DNA of 64,000 bases from Azolla caroliniana. Taxonomy: Eukaryota > Plantae > Polypodiophyta. Position numbers and translations under genes: made by a program. Shown one piece after another: positions 13,387 to 27,600 of the stretch (positions are counted from its first letter, which is position 1; each line of letters opens with the position of its first letter). The stretch spans positions 20,336,001 through 20,400,000 of the forward strand of contig JBHGNT010000003.1 in assembly GCA_043228905.1 (NCBI GenBank), in the 5' to 3' direction. A model generated the notes under the pieces. It ran no database searches. It worked only from the letters and a program-made list of their open reading frames with translations, and was not told the origin of the DNA.

Positions 13387-16300
13387 ATGGTGATGGTGAT
13401 GATGGCCGTGGTGGCGGCGACAAGCTCTGTGCCATCCCTCCACCACCAACTACTTCTGCACAGCTATGGCTTCTCCGGAAACCCTGCTTCACACCATCGA
13501 TGCTCTCCTTCCCTGCTCAGCATTTCTTCCCAATATCACTCTGCGAGAACTGACGCCGCCATCACCACCACCAGCAGCAGCTCCAGCAGCTCCAGCACCA
13601 CGGATCGTCTTCTTCTTCCCCCGAAGATCAAACGTTTCTCTCACTTATCTCCTCTTCTTCATCAGCTTATTTCAGTGAGTTCATTGTCATCATCATCTTC
13701 TTCTTCGTCAGATGAAGTCTATGTTTCTTCCATCTTGCAGCCGTTTCTTCACAGCTTGAGTGGTGAGGATTGGAACATTTTGGTGTCAGAAGTTGGACTG
13801 AAGAATTGGAGAAACTGCCTCGAAATTTTCCACATCTTTGTGGAAGAAGAGAGGAGGAAGAAGAAGAATCACAACAAAGAAGCAACCGATAAGGAAGGAA
13901 ATGCGTCTATAATCTTGAAGATTTATACGTCTCTGATCAGAATTTTGTCCAAGAATGGAAGAAATGAGGAGATCAAGGCTATCTTGGAGACGATGAAGGA
14001 AGAAGAGATCACCATGGATGCTGCTTTTTATAATGCTTTGTTTAGGTCCTACTCCGAGAGAGGTCAAATGGCTGAAATATCACAGGGTTTTCTTCAGATG
14101 GAAGCATCAGGCATCAAACCTGATCGACATACCTATGAGATAGTATGCTGTATCACTCTTTTTTTGTCTGTATTTTTCACTATGGTTTTTTTAGCATCTT
14201 TTAAAGTTTTGTTTTCAGTGCTACAATATGGTGTAGTTGTTTTTCTTCCCAGTGAAAACCAGAGACTTATATTTCCCTTGAAAAAGTCTTGGATTGTGTA
14301 TTACAAAAATATAGAGTTGTTTTCGAGGGAAAACTGGAATTTTGTGATTTTGCCCTAGGAAGATTTTGGATCATTTTATTAGAATATATAGACTACTGAT
14401 ATTGTGTAAACCATCTCATGGTTGTAACACTCTGTTGCTATTTTTTCTTGATAAAAACTAGAGATGTCTATTTTCTTATAAAGATTTCAAATTATATGGA
14501 AAAATACAAGGATATACAAACCATCTTAGTCTGTTAGGTGTTGCTCATTTTTTCTTAGTGAAATACATAGACTTATATATTTGTAGAAAGATTTCAAGCT
14601 ATATGAGGAAAATGGTTATGGAGGACACAGATCACAAGATTACATTCCCTTTTGAAAATAATTGCTAACAAACAAACAACACAGCAAGTAGGAAATGAAA
14701 ACATATCTCCAAAAACTCTTTTGAATCTCATAAGAAGGCTAAAACAAGTTTGAAATTCATGATGACAAAGGAACAAAGAATCCAATCATTATTCCAATCA
14801 CATGAGAAAAAGCTTATATGAAGTCCATCTTCCTTGCAAACATTTGTTCGTAAGGCCTGATATAGATACTTAAGGTGAGCCTATTTCATCATCGTCATTG
14901 ATGCATTTTCCTTACCCACTAATGACAAAGACAAGGAAGAAATAGATGAATGATTGAAAAGTTCTGCAATTAGATGAAGTGACTTCTTAAGGCTCATCGT
15001 CTCATTGATCTAGGTGATGGACAAGTTCAGCAATTAGATGAAGTGACTTCTTATGGCTCATTCTCTCATTGATCTAAGATACCCTGCTATCAAATCTCAA
15101 TTATTAAACCATGAAGCGTAAGCATACCAATAAATAATAAAGTTAATTATTTCTTAATGAATAATAAAGCTAATATTATAGCATACGAAACTTTGGTCAG
15201 TTAAAGAATTAACTCCCCTAATATAAGACAAAGGTGTGGATTTTGTGAAGGTTGGCTGGACAAGCTGAACAAATGGTTCCATCCGTCACGTAGTGATAGA
15301 AGAGATACCTTAACTCTATCGCACTACAGAGTGCATGAGATTGATGTGATGCGAGGAGGTCTAGAGCTGCCCTATCACGCTGTGGAATGCACGAGATAGA
15401 TGTGTATCCATATATGAAGGCCTGAGGAAAAATCCATCCTACAATGTGTTTAAAATGATTGCTTTATAGTGGGTCATTTTCGTACCAAGAGGTGTTGTGG
15501 GGCTGATACATTTTTTCCTTATCTAAATTTTAATGATATCAGTTCGGATAACTCTATTCTTTTCCACTTTGGACATGTTCAGGTTTAGAGAATCCATGCT
15601 ATATTAGAATGGGAGTAGTGTGTTTATTTATGCCATGCAATTGGAACCATTTTTGCATTTCAGCATAGCAACAATGATTGCCTCCACTTTCAGCAAGCTG
15701 TTTTGATGACATAAGTGTGAGTCTTGAATACCGTTGCTTAGGGAGCCCCCAAATCTGTTGGTTACCAGTCACTGATCAGAATAATGTTTCATTCATTGTT
15801 GGGATTGCTACTATCATGGGGCATCAACGCTTTGCTTCTTATCATGCAGGCAACCATCGAGACTAAAGTTCTCTCCAAATCTGTCCAGTTATGTGCCCTA
15901 TGAAGGCTTGGTTCTCAAATTAGAGAGGAAGATCATGTACAAATATAGTTATTAGACTTCTTCAACAGGTCATGTCAAAATATCTTAGAGCGAGCACAGC
16001 CAGCAACTTGTTAAGGAATATTTCTTGAAAAGTCAATTCATCTGGCGCATTCCAGATGCTGAAGATAAGTTATGTGTCATGAAGACATGTTACAATGTTG
16101 TGAAAAGAAAACATACAGAAGCTTGGAGAATGTACAATTGAGTGATTAAAATGTATTCTGTGCAGTCAAAGATATCTTACACCTGTAGCTTCCGAAGTTT
16201 TTTGAAAAGCTACAGGAAAAAGATGGCTTCAGCAACTTAAAATTGTCAAAAACAAAGAAGATCTTTGGACGGTAACACATAAATAAGAGGACAATGGTCT

Positions 16301-19300
16301 ACAACAGCAAGAAATAGTTCATAGAGTGCACTGGTGGCATAGTCGCTACATAGGACAAAGACATTAAAATTGCAGTGAAAAAAGGATCAAGCTATTGCAT
16401 GGCTTTGAAGAACACTGAATCACAGCATTATGCTATTCTAATGGTCCTTGACTTGATAAATAAGTTGTTGAGAGGAAAGTGTGAGAAAAGCTGTTAATAG
16501 CAGCAGCGGAAGAGTTAGAACAAAATAGACACAGCCAAGCTATGAGAAGGCTGTTAGACAGCAGTAGAAAAATGGTTACAAAGAGTAGAGACACAACCAA
16601 ATAATAGAGCTTGTTTTTAAGTAGCAACCAAAGTAAAAAAAGGTTTACAAAAGAGGCTGGTATAGCCTATTTATACAAAATTGGGGAAAGTGGGTGAAAT
16701 GGTTGTTTGGTAGTAAAGTGGCTCTTGTACTACCAAACAGGTACAAAAAACTAGGAATAAAAGAGAATATCTTGGAAAAAGTAGAAGAGAAAAAAAGGCA
16801 TTTAAAGCATTACAAATTCTAGAGAGAGAAGGCATTAAAAGAGTTGCAGATTCTAGAGAGGGAAGAATCTGGGAAGGGAGAGAATATAGTACAAAGATAA
16901 TAAAGATGAAAGAGAGTGCAGGGCTGGAGTTGCCACCCTCCAACAGAAAGAAGAGGATTGAAATATGACTCAAAACTGATTCATTTCCTGGGCAGAAATC
17001 AATGATTGGGCCTGAGATGTCTACCCATGCATCATATAATAAAATATTAGACTCTTTAATAGATAGATATGCTGCAAGGTTTCTTCATTAATGATGTTAT
17101 TAGTTCCAAGAGGTTGATAGAATTGTTGTTCTTATCTATGTAGAAGACATATTGATAAGGATTGGACCTCTAGCTGTAACCAATAAGTCAAATACTGTTC
17201 TTCTAACAGAGTTGGTCAGTAGGGATCAAAATTTCAATCTAATTCAAAGTCTGCCTTCGAAAAAACAAAATTGTATGATGCAGGTGTTTACTACAAAACT
17301 GCCTGCTTATATTATGTATAATATAAAACTAGAGTATTACAAAAGGATGCTTCTATTATGAACTGAAAGTGACAATTGTAGAACAGAACATGTCATCAAA
17401 TAACTTATTTGAACGTGTGTTTCTTTATCTGTTGGAATTTGTGCTCAAAGCTTTGTAGTTTTGACAGCTCATTTCAGCCTGCTTGCACGAAAAGTCTGTT
17501 GATATAGAGAAATCAGTCAAAATATTGGAGGACATGATCAGGAACGGTTTATCTGTTGGGGCAAACACTTTCAGAGACTTGATCAGTGGCTATTGGAAAT
17601 TACAAAATCTTGAAGGAGCAGAAAATATTTTTGGGTTAATGCAAGCTGCAGGTCATCAACCAGAATTGAAGGTATGGTATCTTACACCTTTCAACACGAG
17701 CCTAATGTGATAATTGTTAAGTGCCAATTTTTTTCTCGGGTTACTGATGTTACATAGTTTATTACAGAAATTCAAACCAAACTGTATGCATAGAATTGAC
17801 TATGAATTTCACAGAAATCTTGCATGGCAGGACACGATCATTTCACTTATGGATGCGACAGACCTCTTTGATTAAACTTCATTACTAATGCTAGGTTTGG
17901 CTGATTGTGACATTAGCAAAAATATATAATTCTTACTGAATCTGAGGCTTCATATGATTTTGCTCTTCTTGTATATCCACTTAGCAGTTGTTTGCATAGT
18001 TTAGTCGCAGGAGTCAAGATGAATAGAGATCCAGGGTTTTCCAATCAAACACTGGTACACCTATCAGCCAGCCACCATGGTCTAGAATATTCAAGTGCTA
18101 AGAATATTAACACAATAAACTTGGCCAATGGTACAGGGAAAACCATAGAACAATGTGAATTTCTGATCAGAAGTTGTCCAAGTCAAATTCTGTTGGACTT
18201 AATAGCAGAAATATCAAGATATCTTAGCCTCACATTAACAGAAGATTCTCAAAATGTAAGACCATACATTATTAAATTTCCAAGATTTATAAGACCATGT
18301 TGGGGGGAGGGGACCTACACTTACCCAGTTCTGGAAGGTTAAGGGACTGGGTGGTCGATACAAGCCAGCGTCTGAAGCTCTGGTTAACTGGCGTCAATAA
18401 TTGAGTCGATGACCTAGTGGTGCATGAGTTGGTGATGGAAGCCCCACTAAACTGGTGTATGATCAAAAATATCTTTGCTTTCGTCTGGTCAGGTTACAAT
18501 AACATTCATGGCATTCAATACTTGAATGGAAACAGCTTGTATATTGGAGTAACCTAGCTACTTAGTACACAAACTGGATTCACATCTCAATGACATGATA
18601 AAAATCCTCTTTTGTCTTGTTGACATTATCTTGGGAAAAAGTTAAATAAGGTAGGTTGAAAGAAAAAAAGAAAGAAAGAAAGAAATATATTAACATCTTT
18701 TAAGAGGCCAAATTCGCATGTAAGAGCAAACAAGAATTACATCTTAAGCACAACCCTGTAAAACAATAGAGAAAAGTAAAACAACGCTTGATCTCTCAGT
18801 TAGCCATATGAAAATACCTGTCCCCAACAACCTGTTGGGGCTTGATCCTCAAACACCAGAGTGAAGTTGTGGCTTTCAAAACATCAAATAAGGAAGGTGC
18901 ACTATGACAAGAATTTCAGTCACAATGTTTATAATCAATAATAAAATAAAATCCAGCTCTATGATGATGTTTTTCACAGAAGGCAATAATCACCATGGTT
19001 TTTTATGACAAGGAACATAGACACTATAAATCATATGATCACAATGGCTTGTCACGTGCATGACAAGAAACATAACATTAAATCAATATTACTTAAACCA
19101 CATATTTTTGGATAACAAGGTTTTGAAGGCTCGAATAGAAGTGAGGCTTTTAATATGATCTCTCCTTTACATATATATATATATATATATATATATCAAA
19201 GTTTGAAAACAAGGCAACCACCACCATGCTATAATGAAGCTTCCAAGAATGTCTCATGCAAGTTGCAGCACAATTCCTGATCAGTTTCCCTATCTTCCCC

Positions 19301-22158
19301 CTGAATCTAAAAGACAAAATAGATTATGGTGTAGAAGCTTAGTATTTTCTTTATTCTTAATTCTCATGACTCTTGCAGGTTGTAATTAAGTTGATGCAGC
19401 TCAATGGGCATAAAGGAAATCATAAACGGACTTCAGAACTTTTTAAATTGCTGAAAGAATCAGGTGTCAAGAAACTTGATGCAGCCTACATATATCTCCT
19501 TCATGCATATTGCAAAGCAGGTCTTCTAAAGCAGTCTCGCGAATCATTCAATAAGTATCAAACTGTATGAAACAATCTTCTATAATTCTACACACTTCTT
19601 TTATTTTGCACATGATTCAGTTGTCCAATAGAATGTGAATTATATTCATGACACCTTAATCGAACATGCTTTGACTGAACCACAACAGGTACCCTGCAAT
19701 GTCCTGGGCATAACTATGAGGACACCCAAAATACTCTTTGTCCAATTTGAGAAAAGAACCATTATTAACATCGGCAAATTGACTAGACAGAGAATCACTG
19801 AAAAGTATTTGATGTCAGACATGGCCGCTATGTTATTTTTTTAAATTGAGCTCTTTGGTGATAAGAAGTGTCTGCCAGGGTTAGAATTAGCTAACGAGAC
19901 AAGTGCTATGCAATGTTTTCCCTGTCCAATATGTTCCAGAAAAAAATTCTCTTTGCACATACTTTGAGTTTTTCTCCATAGCTCTTGAATCTCTTTAATC
20001 AGATTTGGTGGGGTCAATGTTTCTACATTTAAATAGTTTTGTTTACTAAATGATATTGAGATCCAAAAATCTCCATATTGTGAGTCACTCTTTTCATGTA
20101 ATTTTGAATTGAAGTCACGTGGCTCGTAGTTGGCATGAAGGAGCTTGTAGTTAAGAGATATGTTGATGAAAGCATTTCCTCAGCCTCCGAAAAGGCACAA
20201 TTGTAGATTAAGCAGTTGTCTCCTAGTTTGTTAGTGGGCCAAACTCTTCAGTTTTCTTGGTATAAGTTTGTTAGCCTATTGTGCTTGGTCAACCACCGGT
20301 ATATGAGGAACCTACACATATTTTTCAGGTGTCCTTCACAGGTAACTGGAGGAGATTCTGCTTTCCACGGCATGTCTAGTTTATTAGACCCAACTATACA
20401 TTTTGGAATCCCAATGTTTTGTGCTCATGAGGGGCGGAGGGCTCAAGAGTTTTTTCCAAAACATCGGTATAGTTTTGGAGACGTGAGACTGGAAGTCCTC
20501 CGATGAATTGCGCTAGCAAATAGGAAGGCTGGAAAATGATACATTATGATTTTTGTATTGTTTGTGATGAGTATAATCCCCAAGAATATTACACAATCGA
20601 CATATATGACCAAAGGAGTGAAAACAATACAGATATGGTTGTTACTCTATTCATGATCTAGATGCTTGATAAAGTTAAAAGACTTCCATCCTGCATATTT
20701 TTCAAAAGGCCACTCTTTCTTTGTGTATATCTGAAAACGTGAACCAGAAACATTACACATATGGGTGGCTGCTACATGTCATCATATAGTAGTCTGCTAC
20801 ACGTCATCATATAGTAGTCCACCTAGATTCTACACATCAATCATGATGCCATCTCTGCTGAAAATATCGTTTGAATTTAAGCGGTAAAATAACTTAACAA
20901 TTGTCTTCTTCAGGTAACAGGAAAAAAACCGTCGTTGGTAGCCTTCAACATGATAATTGATGCTTGTGGAAAACAAGGCTTACATGAAGAAGCTCTTCAG
21001 TATTATCTCCATCTATGTAATTGTGGCCTTCGTCCTAATGTGGTAAGTTACTGCTCCATCATTTCAACCATGGTAAAGGCAGGAAAATTCAAGAAAGCAG
21101 AAGAACTCTATAACAAGATGTTGGGAAAGTGTATAGAACCAAACCTCTATGTGTATGCAACTATGATTCATTGCTATACCAAATGCAAATCAATCGCACG
21201 TGGGCATGAGGTATCATTGCTTGTTTAAAATAAAATAATGCATGTATGCATTTTCGAATCCACATTATTCTGATAAATTTATTTCTCACTGCAATTACAG
21301 CTTTATCTCTTGATGAAAAAGTCTCAAATCCATATGACTGACACTGCTTATGGATCAATATTGGCTCTTTACATTGGATGTGAATGGTATGGACATGCAG
21401 CTGATGTTCTAAGAGAGCTAGAGACTCAAGGATTTAATCTAGATATTGCTTCCCATGGTCTCCTTATTCGCACTTTTGCGAAGGTAGACGATAAAATGAA
21501 ACCTCTTCTACAAGCTGTTGAGGCCAGCAAATTTGCTGTCTGTAAAGTGCTTGCAAAACTTTCTCTTGGGGAAAGCCCTAATCATTCCCATCTAAGTCCC
21601 ATACTATATGAAAAGGTCATTGGTTTCCTTGATGGGCGGAAAGATGAGGATGAAGCAAGAACTACTCTCATCCAACTCTACAATGCATTTTTAGACTACT
21701 TTTGGCAAAGAGGTCTTACAGGTACTTCCAAGATGCTGCTCGAGAAGGCAAGAAAAGTTTATGCATTAAACACTCGGCCTCGGAAACATTCCAAAGAATG
21801 GACCCTTGATGTGAGAGGCTTATCTGTGGGGGGTGCTATAGTGGCAGTAATTGACTGGTTGGTCAATGCAGAGGATAATGTAGCTGTGTCTATCAATAGT
21901 TCAGATCTAAGAGACTTGAATATGGTACTCATAACAGGAGGCACTGAGGAACCTCAATTTAGTACAAGTTTGAAGGCAACTGAGGAACCTCAATTTAGTA
22001 CAAGTTTGAAGGCAACTTTGCTAGGTTTTCTGAAGAAACATGAATCTCCTTTCATTGAGTCTTCAGAGAATCCTAAGAAGATTCAAGCTGCTGCTGCAGA
22101 TGTGGTGAAATGGGTTTCAAAAGGCACGTTTAAGGAAAAACTGGGCTTCATTGTCTAG
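13387..22158 (+). CDS. P-class pentatricopeptide repeat protein with C-terminal SMR domain, probably plastid-targeted
   Basis: Phase-0 exons 13387-14142, 17468-17671, 19379-19564, 20914-21210, 21301-22158. Ser-rich N-terminus; PPR motifs (FYNALFRSYSERGQMAE...GIKPDRHTYEILISAC; AFNMIIDACGKQGLHEEA...GLRPNVVSYCSIISTMVKAG); SMR start WTLDVRGLSVGGA and LITG. Confidence 0.93.
14959..15076 (+). repeat. Tandem duplication, period 64 bp
   Basis: AAGTTC(T/A)GCAATTAGATGAAGTGACTTCTTA...CTCATTGATCTA at 14959 and 15023. Confidence 0.85.
21943..22014 (+). repeat. Exact in-frame 36-bp tandem duplication in the SMR domain
   Basis: ACTGAGGAACCTCAATTTAGTACAAGTTTGAAGGCA twice, encoding TEEPQFSTSLKA twice. Confidence 0.95.
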
Positions 22159-24359
22159 TCACTAAACTTCATATGGCATGTTTTTTCCATTTTAGCCTTG
22201 AGCTTCTGAGGCAGAAGGGATCTTCAGTCTGCATAAGGATAGAAGTACTCCTGTTCTGACTTCTATTGCGGCATGAGTTCCCAGATCATAAGGCTGGTTC
22301 AATTGCAAGCATACAGGAATGGAGGCAAAGGAACCTTTTTGTATGAATTTGGAGTGCTAGGTTGATATTCAACTTTAGATGGTATGCCAATACCTAATCA
22401 CTGTTGCTTCTACCATCCCTTTTGGTTTAAGCTTTGTTTACCTACTGGCATTGATCTCTAACAATCTGTAGTGTGATCTCTTATTTTTCATGCGTTTGAG
22501 AATAGAGTTCATTGATCTCCAACAATCATCATCGTGGCTTGGTTTCCTGCTGTGTTACTTCAGATACAAGGCAACTGGAGCTTCAATATGCGTAATCATA
22601 GGACTAATAATGTTCACTTCTATGGACTTCAGAGTTTCCATATTGAAGGTTGGTTCAAATGTGAAGCAGCTAGGAATGGAGAATAAACGCTTTTTATTAC
22701 ATGAATAAGCACAATGTTAAGTTCATTCAGAACATGATGTAAAATGAAGCAATCAAGCCGTATATCCTTTTACCATTCAAGCACACAAGATCTCATTGCA
22801 CCATGAATGTTTAGAATGGTCTTCCAAAACATATAAAATATGTTGGTCCTTGTTGTTTTGATTGTACACTGATAATATGCCTTAAAGTTTTGCCTTTTCT
22901 AGGTTTGATATTTCTATTTTTGGTCAATGGTCTAATCCCTTTCTCTAATACAAGGTACTTTATTATAAACTCTAGCCCAATGACATATTACCAAAGGATG
23001 GTGGACATTTTGATGAGAGCCTTATAGAAGACCTTTTAAACATTATGCATAGGAATTCAGTTAAAAATGATCTAGAAATCAAAGGGAAATGTGGTTCCTC
23101 AATTTAGAGGTGGATATAGGGAATGGGTTCACTTGAGTCACAGAGATATATAGGGAAAATTTCCCGATATGTCTCTAAATGGTTTTAAAACCCCAATCCG
23201 TGTACGTAAATCTCATCAACGGCATTGCTTTATTAGATGACTCTACATGATATAGGGATTTAATGCATAGAGATTCATTTCCATGCATCAATTATCAAAT
23301 CATTTGACCTACCCAAAGAAGTTTTCTTCTCCACCCAATGTCCTTTGAAACATTTTGTATTTAGTATGAAATGAGGTGAAACGCCCCAATAAAGGGCCAC
23401 AAATCTATAGTGATTACCAAACATGGTTAAACACCCCTACAACATGATGTCCTATCACACCAAGTTGCCATCTCCCTCAACATTAACGAAAAACGATTCA
23501 AATGTCTACAACAATCTTGTATCACTAGATGAGCTCACCCCAAGCACTTTAAACATTGAGCAAAAAACTCAAGATGCATTAATTGTACATAGGGGTAAAC
23601 AAGCGATCCTTTGAGAGTGCCAAAAGTTCATTCAAGAGTTTTCACTCATACAAACCTTTGACCACCAATCAAGTATTGTTGCCATGTTAGATCTACTTTC
23701 TATTCTTTTCATCCCCATGTTTTTGTGCTCGTACTTATCTTACGATAGTGTGGAACAACAATTTGCACATTTCTTTTGGGACTTTGCAAGGCCATATTTC
23801 TTGTATTTGAAGATCGTTTTTGTTGGCTCATATAGGCTCAATGGATGATGTCTCATTTTCCATGAGATAAACAAAGCGTGTCTAGCTCTCCAAGTTGCCA
23901 AGACGACAATTTACAAGTCATATTTTCTCAAGTCTCATGGATGAGTTTGGCCTCAAAAGAGATATTAATAGATATCATGGATATACAATCTCTAAGTTGG
24001 ACGAGTTTGGCGTCATAAGAGACACCAATAGATGTTGTACAATCTCTTCCCCAGACACATGACTCTATCTATGTCTATCATGCATGTACATATGTCTATA
24101 CATACATACATCCATTCAATCAATCTCAATGAATTCCATGTGAGAAAGCACAAATGAACAACACATAACATGCTGTTGTATCCCTAGTAGTATTGGTAAC
24201 AAATCTATCAGAGACTGAAGAATGCAAAGCAAAGTTCGTTTCTCTCTCTCTCTCTGTCGCTTCCCAAAACCCTGATCGGATCGAACGAAATCGTGGCGTT
24301 CAAACAGAACCCGTTCCTCGCAAAACAGAGCTCTCGTCACAATACCTACAACTTCCATG

Positions 24360-24645
24360 GAAAACCCTAATTATCCTGACACAAAACGTCGTTCCGAAAA
24401 ACCCTAACCCTAACCCCTCTGCCAGCATAGCAAATATATGAAAACCCCTAAAACAGCCACAAAACCTGGCTGAGAAAACCCTAACCCTACTCATTACAAC
24501 CCATCTCTCAGAAAACGGAGGCCACCAGCACTAGCTACGAAATACATGGAAAACCCTAATATTGACCCGAAATCTGTCTCTCAAGACCTTAACCCCGATA
24601 CAAGCAAAAAACCTGACCTTATTTCTAACCCTAACTCTGACCCTA
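24360..24645 (+). promoter_or_regulatory. Telo-box (AAACCCTA) cluster around the start of the NERD-like gene
   Basis: AAACCCTAA at ~24362, ~24399, ~24476 and ~24551, plus further ACCCTAAC units. Confidence 0.65.
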
Positions 24646-27600
24646 ACACAGAAGAAAATCTTTCCACAAGACATATGCCCCTTGATTCAGTCAAAACTGG
24701 GCAGATGCTTGCCATACCCTCAAAGAAGAAGAGTGAGTTTGAAAGAGAAATAGAGCTTTTTGAAGCTGCTGAAAGAGAACAAGAAGCACGGCTCCTTGCA
24801 TCGCTTCAGAAACATCAAGAAGATAAAAAGACAAACAACCCTATTAACTCTTCTCAACCAGTTAATAATAATGTGGATAGAACAAAGGATTTAGAGGAAG
24901 GTTATGATTATTTTGGAGAACGCACCGATTCAGGTCGAATTCGAACACCAGTTACTAGACTCTCACAACAATCCAAGAGGAAGAGAGTAACTCGTGATGC
25001 TTTTTCAAATGAGACAAGTGGTAGTGATTATGAAGAAGAGGAAGAAGAAGACAATGATGATGACGACGACGACGACGATACACCAAGAAGAAGTAGTAAG
25101 AGAAAAGCTGGTGATTTTGTTGGATGGGCATCTAACGCGTTAGTTAACTTTCTACATGAAATTGGTGAGGATTCCAAAAAGAGATTATTGATAACAGCAG
25201 TCAACAAGATTGTATTGAACTATATACAAACCAATGAACTTGCCCATCCTCAACATCATGCTCAAGTAAGATGTGATGAGAAACTACATACCCTCTTTCA
25301 GAAGAAGAATGTTCGCAAATATGAGATTATGAAATTGTTAAGGGCCCATGTTGCTTCAAAGAAGAGGGTTGGTGCAAAGGTACCTAAGGCACCAAAGGCA
25401 CCAAAGACAAGTGATGATGAAGATGAAGACGATGCAGAGCTGGATAATAGTGATGAAAGGCGACAAAAGCATAGGAAATCAAAGAAAAATATTGTCGATA
25501 CTAGGGAATTGAAGCCAGATGCTAATGATTATGCCGCCATTGATGTCAAAAATATAAATTTGATATATCTGAAGAGGAGTTTACTAGACTATCTGCGTGA
25601 AGACCCCAATTTTGAGAGCAAAATTGTTGGGACATTTGTGAGAATACGGGTCCCAGCAATGACAAACAAGACTGAAGCGTGCTATCGGCTTGTTCAAGTT
25701 ATAGGTAAGTCCTTATTGCATTTTCTAGTGTACTCAAACATCTAGTTGAGTCTCCAAAAGGATAGAGAGAATAAAATTTGTTAAGCTGTTATTCATCATT
25801 GTTGAGTTAAACTTTGCCAAAGTGCAATATTTAAGATTACAAACATTGCCAAAGTGCAATAGTTAGCAGACATACGATAATAGTGCCAACACATGATGTG
25901 AGACAGTAATAGATAAGCGAGGTTTGAAGAACACCTATGAAACCCTAGTTGATCAAGCCATTGTGGAAATTTTCATGATGAGCAGAAGTGTGCTATGAGA
26001 ATTCTGCAATCTAAATATAGTATCAATCTGGATATTGAACACTTGAAACAATACTTCCTATATACTTTAAGCAGCTCTCTCCTATGTATGCAAAACTAAG
26101 GAATTGCATGTATTTGATGTTTCAACAGTTATTTTTTGACGCCAAGAGTTTTAGTCAGGCCTTATGTGTATTATTATTTGACCTTCATTTATTAATTCAA
26201 AAGTTTTGGAAAAAGAGTCAATCTCAGAAGAATCTACATTCTCTGCTACTAAATGAAAGTGTTCGCCTGCATTAGATTTGGAGATCTAAGTGCCACCATC
26301 TCTGATGTCAAAAAATGACTCTGAACTATTGGAAACATTGAAGCTGACTTTTTAAGTGTTTTTAAATGGTTTCTGAACGTTTTTATAAATTTTCTCATTG
26401 AGGGTAGTTTGCCTCCCATCATTCAATTTTCATGTGTCGATTCATTGCCACAAACAGCCTACTGGACTGTAAACTAAGTGTTTTTAAATAGTTTCTGCTC
26501 TTTTTATAGTTTTCTTCTCTCCTTGAGAGCTGTTTAGCTCCCATTATTCAATCTTTATGCATTGGTTCATTGCCACAAGCAGTTGAGTGGACTGGACAAA
26601 TTTGAGACCATTTTATGCATGACGATAGCACTCTGTAAAAATTTGTTGGGAACTTCTGAAATGAAACGTAAACAGAACTGCATGCGTGCTGATAGATGCA
26701 CAAGAAGCTTTTGAGGCGTGGTAGCGTATTTTCTATCACATGCCTATTATTTTGAAGAGGGTACATCTGCCCACTCTTTCTGTCAAGTAAGCATGATGAT
26801 GAACCCAGGGTCCATGGGTAATGTGCACACTTTGGACAAAAGTCGAGAGAATGTACATATCACCATAGAATGATGCAGTTAGATTTTTTATGGTATGAAA
26901 TCAAGTGGTAAATTTTATATACTGGACAAACAATATTATCAAGTGCATAAAAAGCTGCTATAATTTGAGAGCTCATGTTGTAAGGACTAGCTCATGCTAG
27001 AATTTTGGAGCCCTAACGTTTGGAAGATATTTGATGGCTCAATTTGGGAATTTTGCTAAGGACTCAAATGTCTCATGGAGATATCACAAACCTCTTGCTT
27101 GCTTCTTCTTCTTCTTCTAGGTCACAGAAATTACAGTTTTTTGTGTTTTTTGGTGGATCAGAAGTCAAGGTTTTTGATTTCTTTTAACAGAAAATACAGT
27201 TTTGGATTTGTTGTTTACAGATTCAAAAATTAGGGGATTTTGAAATATCCTAATAGTCTCTATGATTTTAAAATTAGAGTTTCAGCAGAAAGAAACTGGC
27301 CGGGTCACTTCTGGGTGTCTCCTTGAACTGTTGTTTTGTTGGTCTTGAGACCTTTTTGTGGTGATCTTTCATAATAATTGGAAGAATAAATACGTACCTA
27401 CAGGGACACAAACTTTGGGGACAGTCATTCTATTGTGGTGTATCTCCTAGTTTCGTACTTCCTCTGAAGCATATATTCAATGATTATAGGTTGGATGAAA
27501 GCTAATTATTGGTAAAGATGTTAATCACCGCCCTCAATGTCTGTTCAGGCTGGTTCAAGTGGTTCCATCACCAGAATAATCATCTCCTCACATAAGGACG

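Noticed and set aside
15200-17050. Possible retroelement inside PPR intron 1
   Set aside because: Composition suggests an insertion, but no RT, integrase, LTR or target duplication could be identified by eye.
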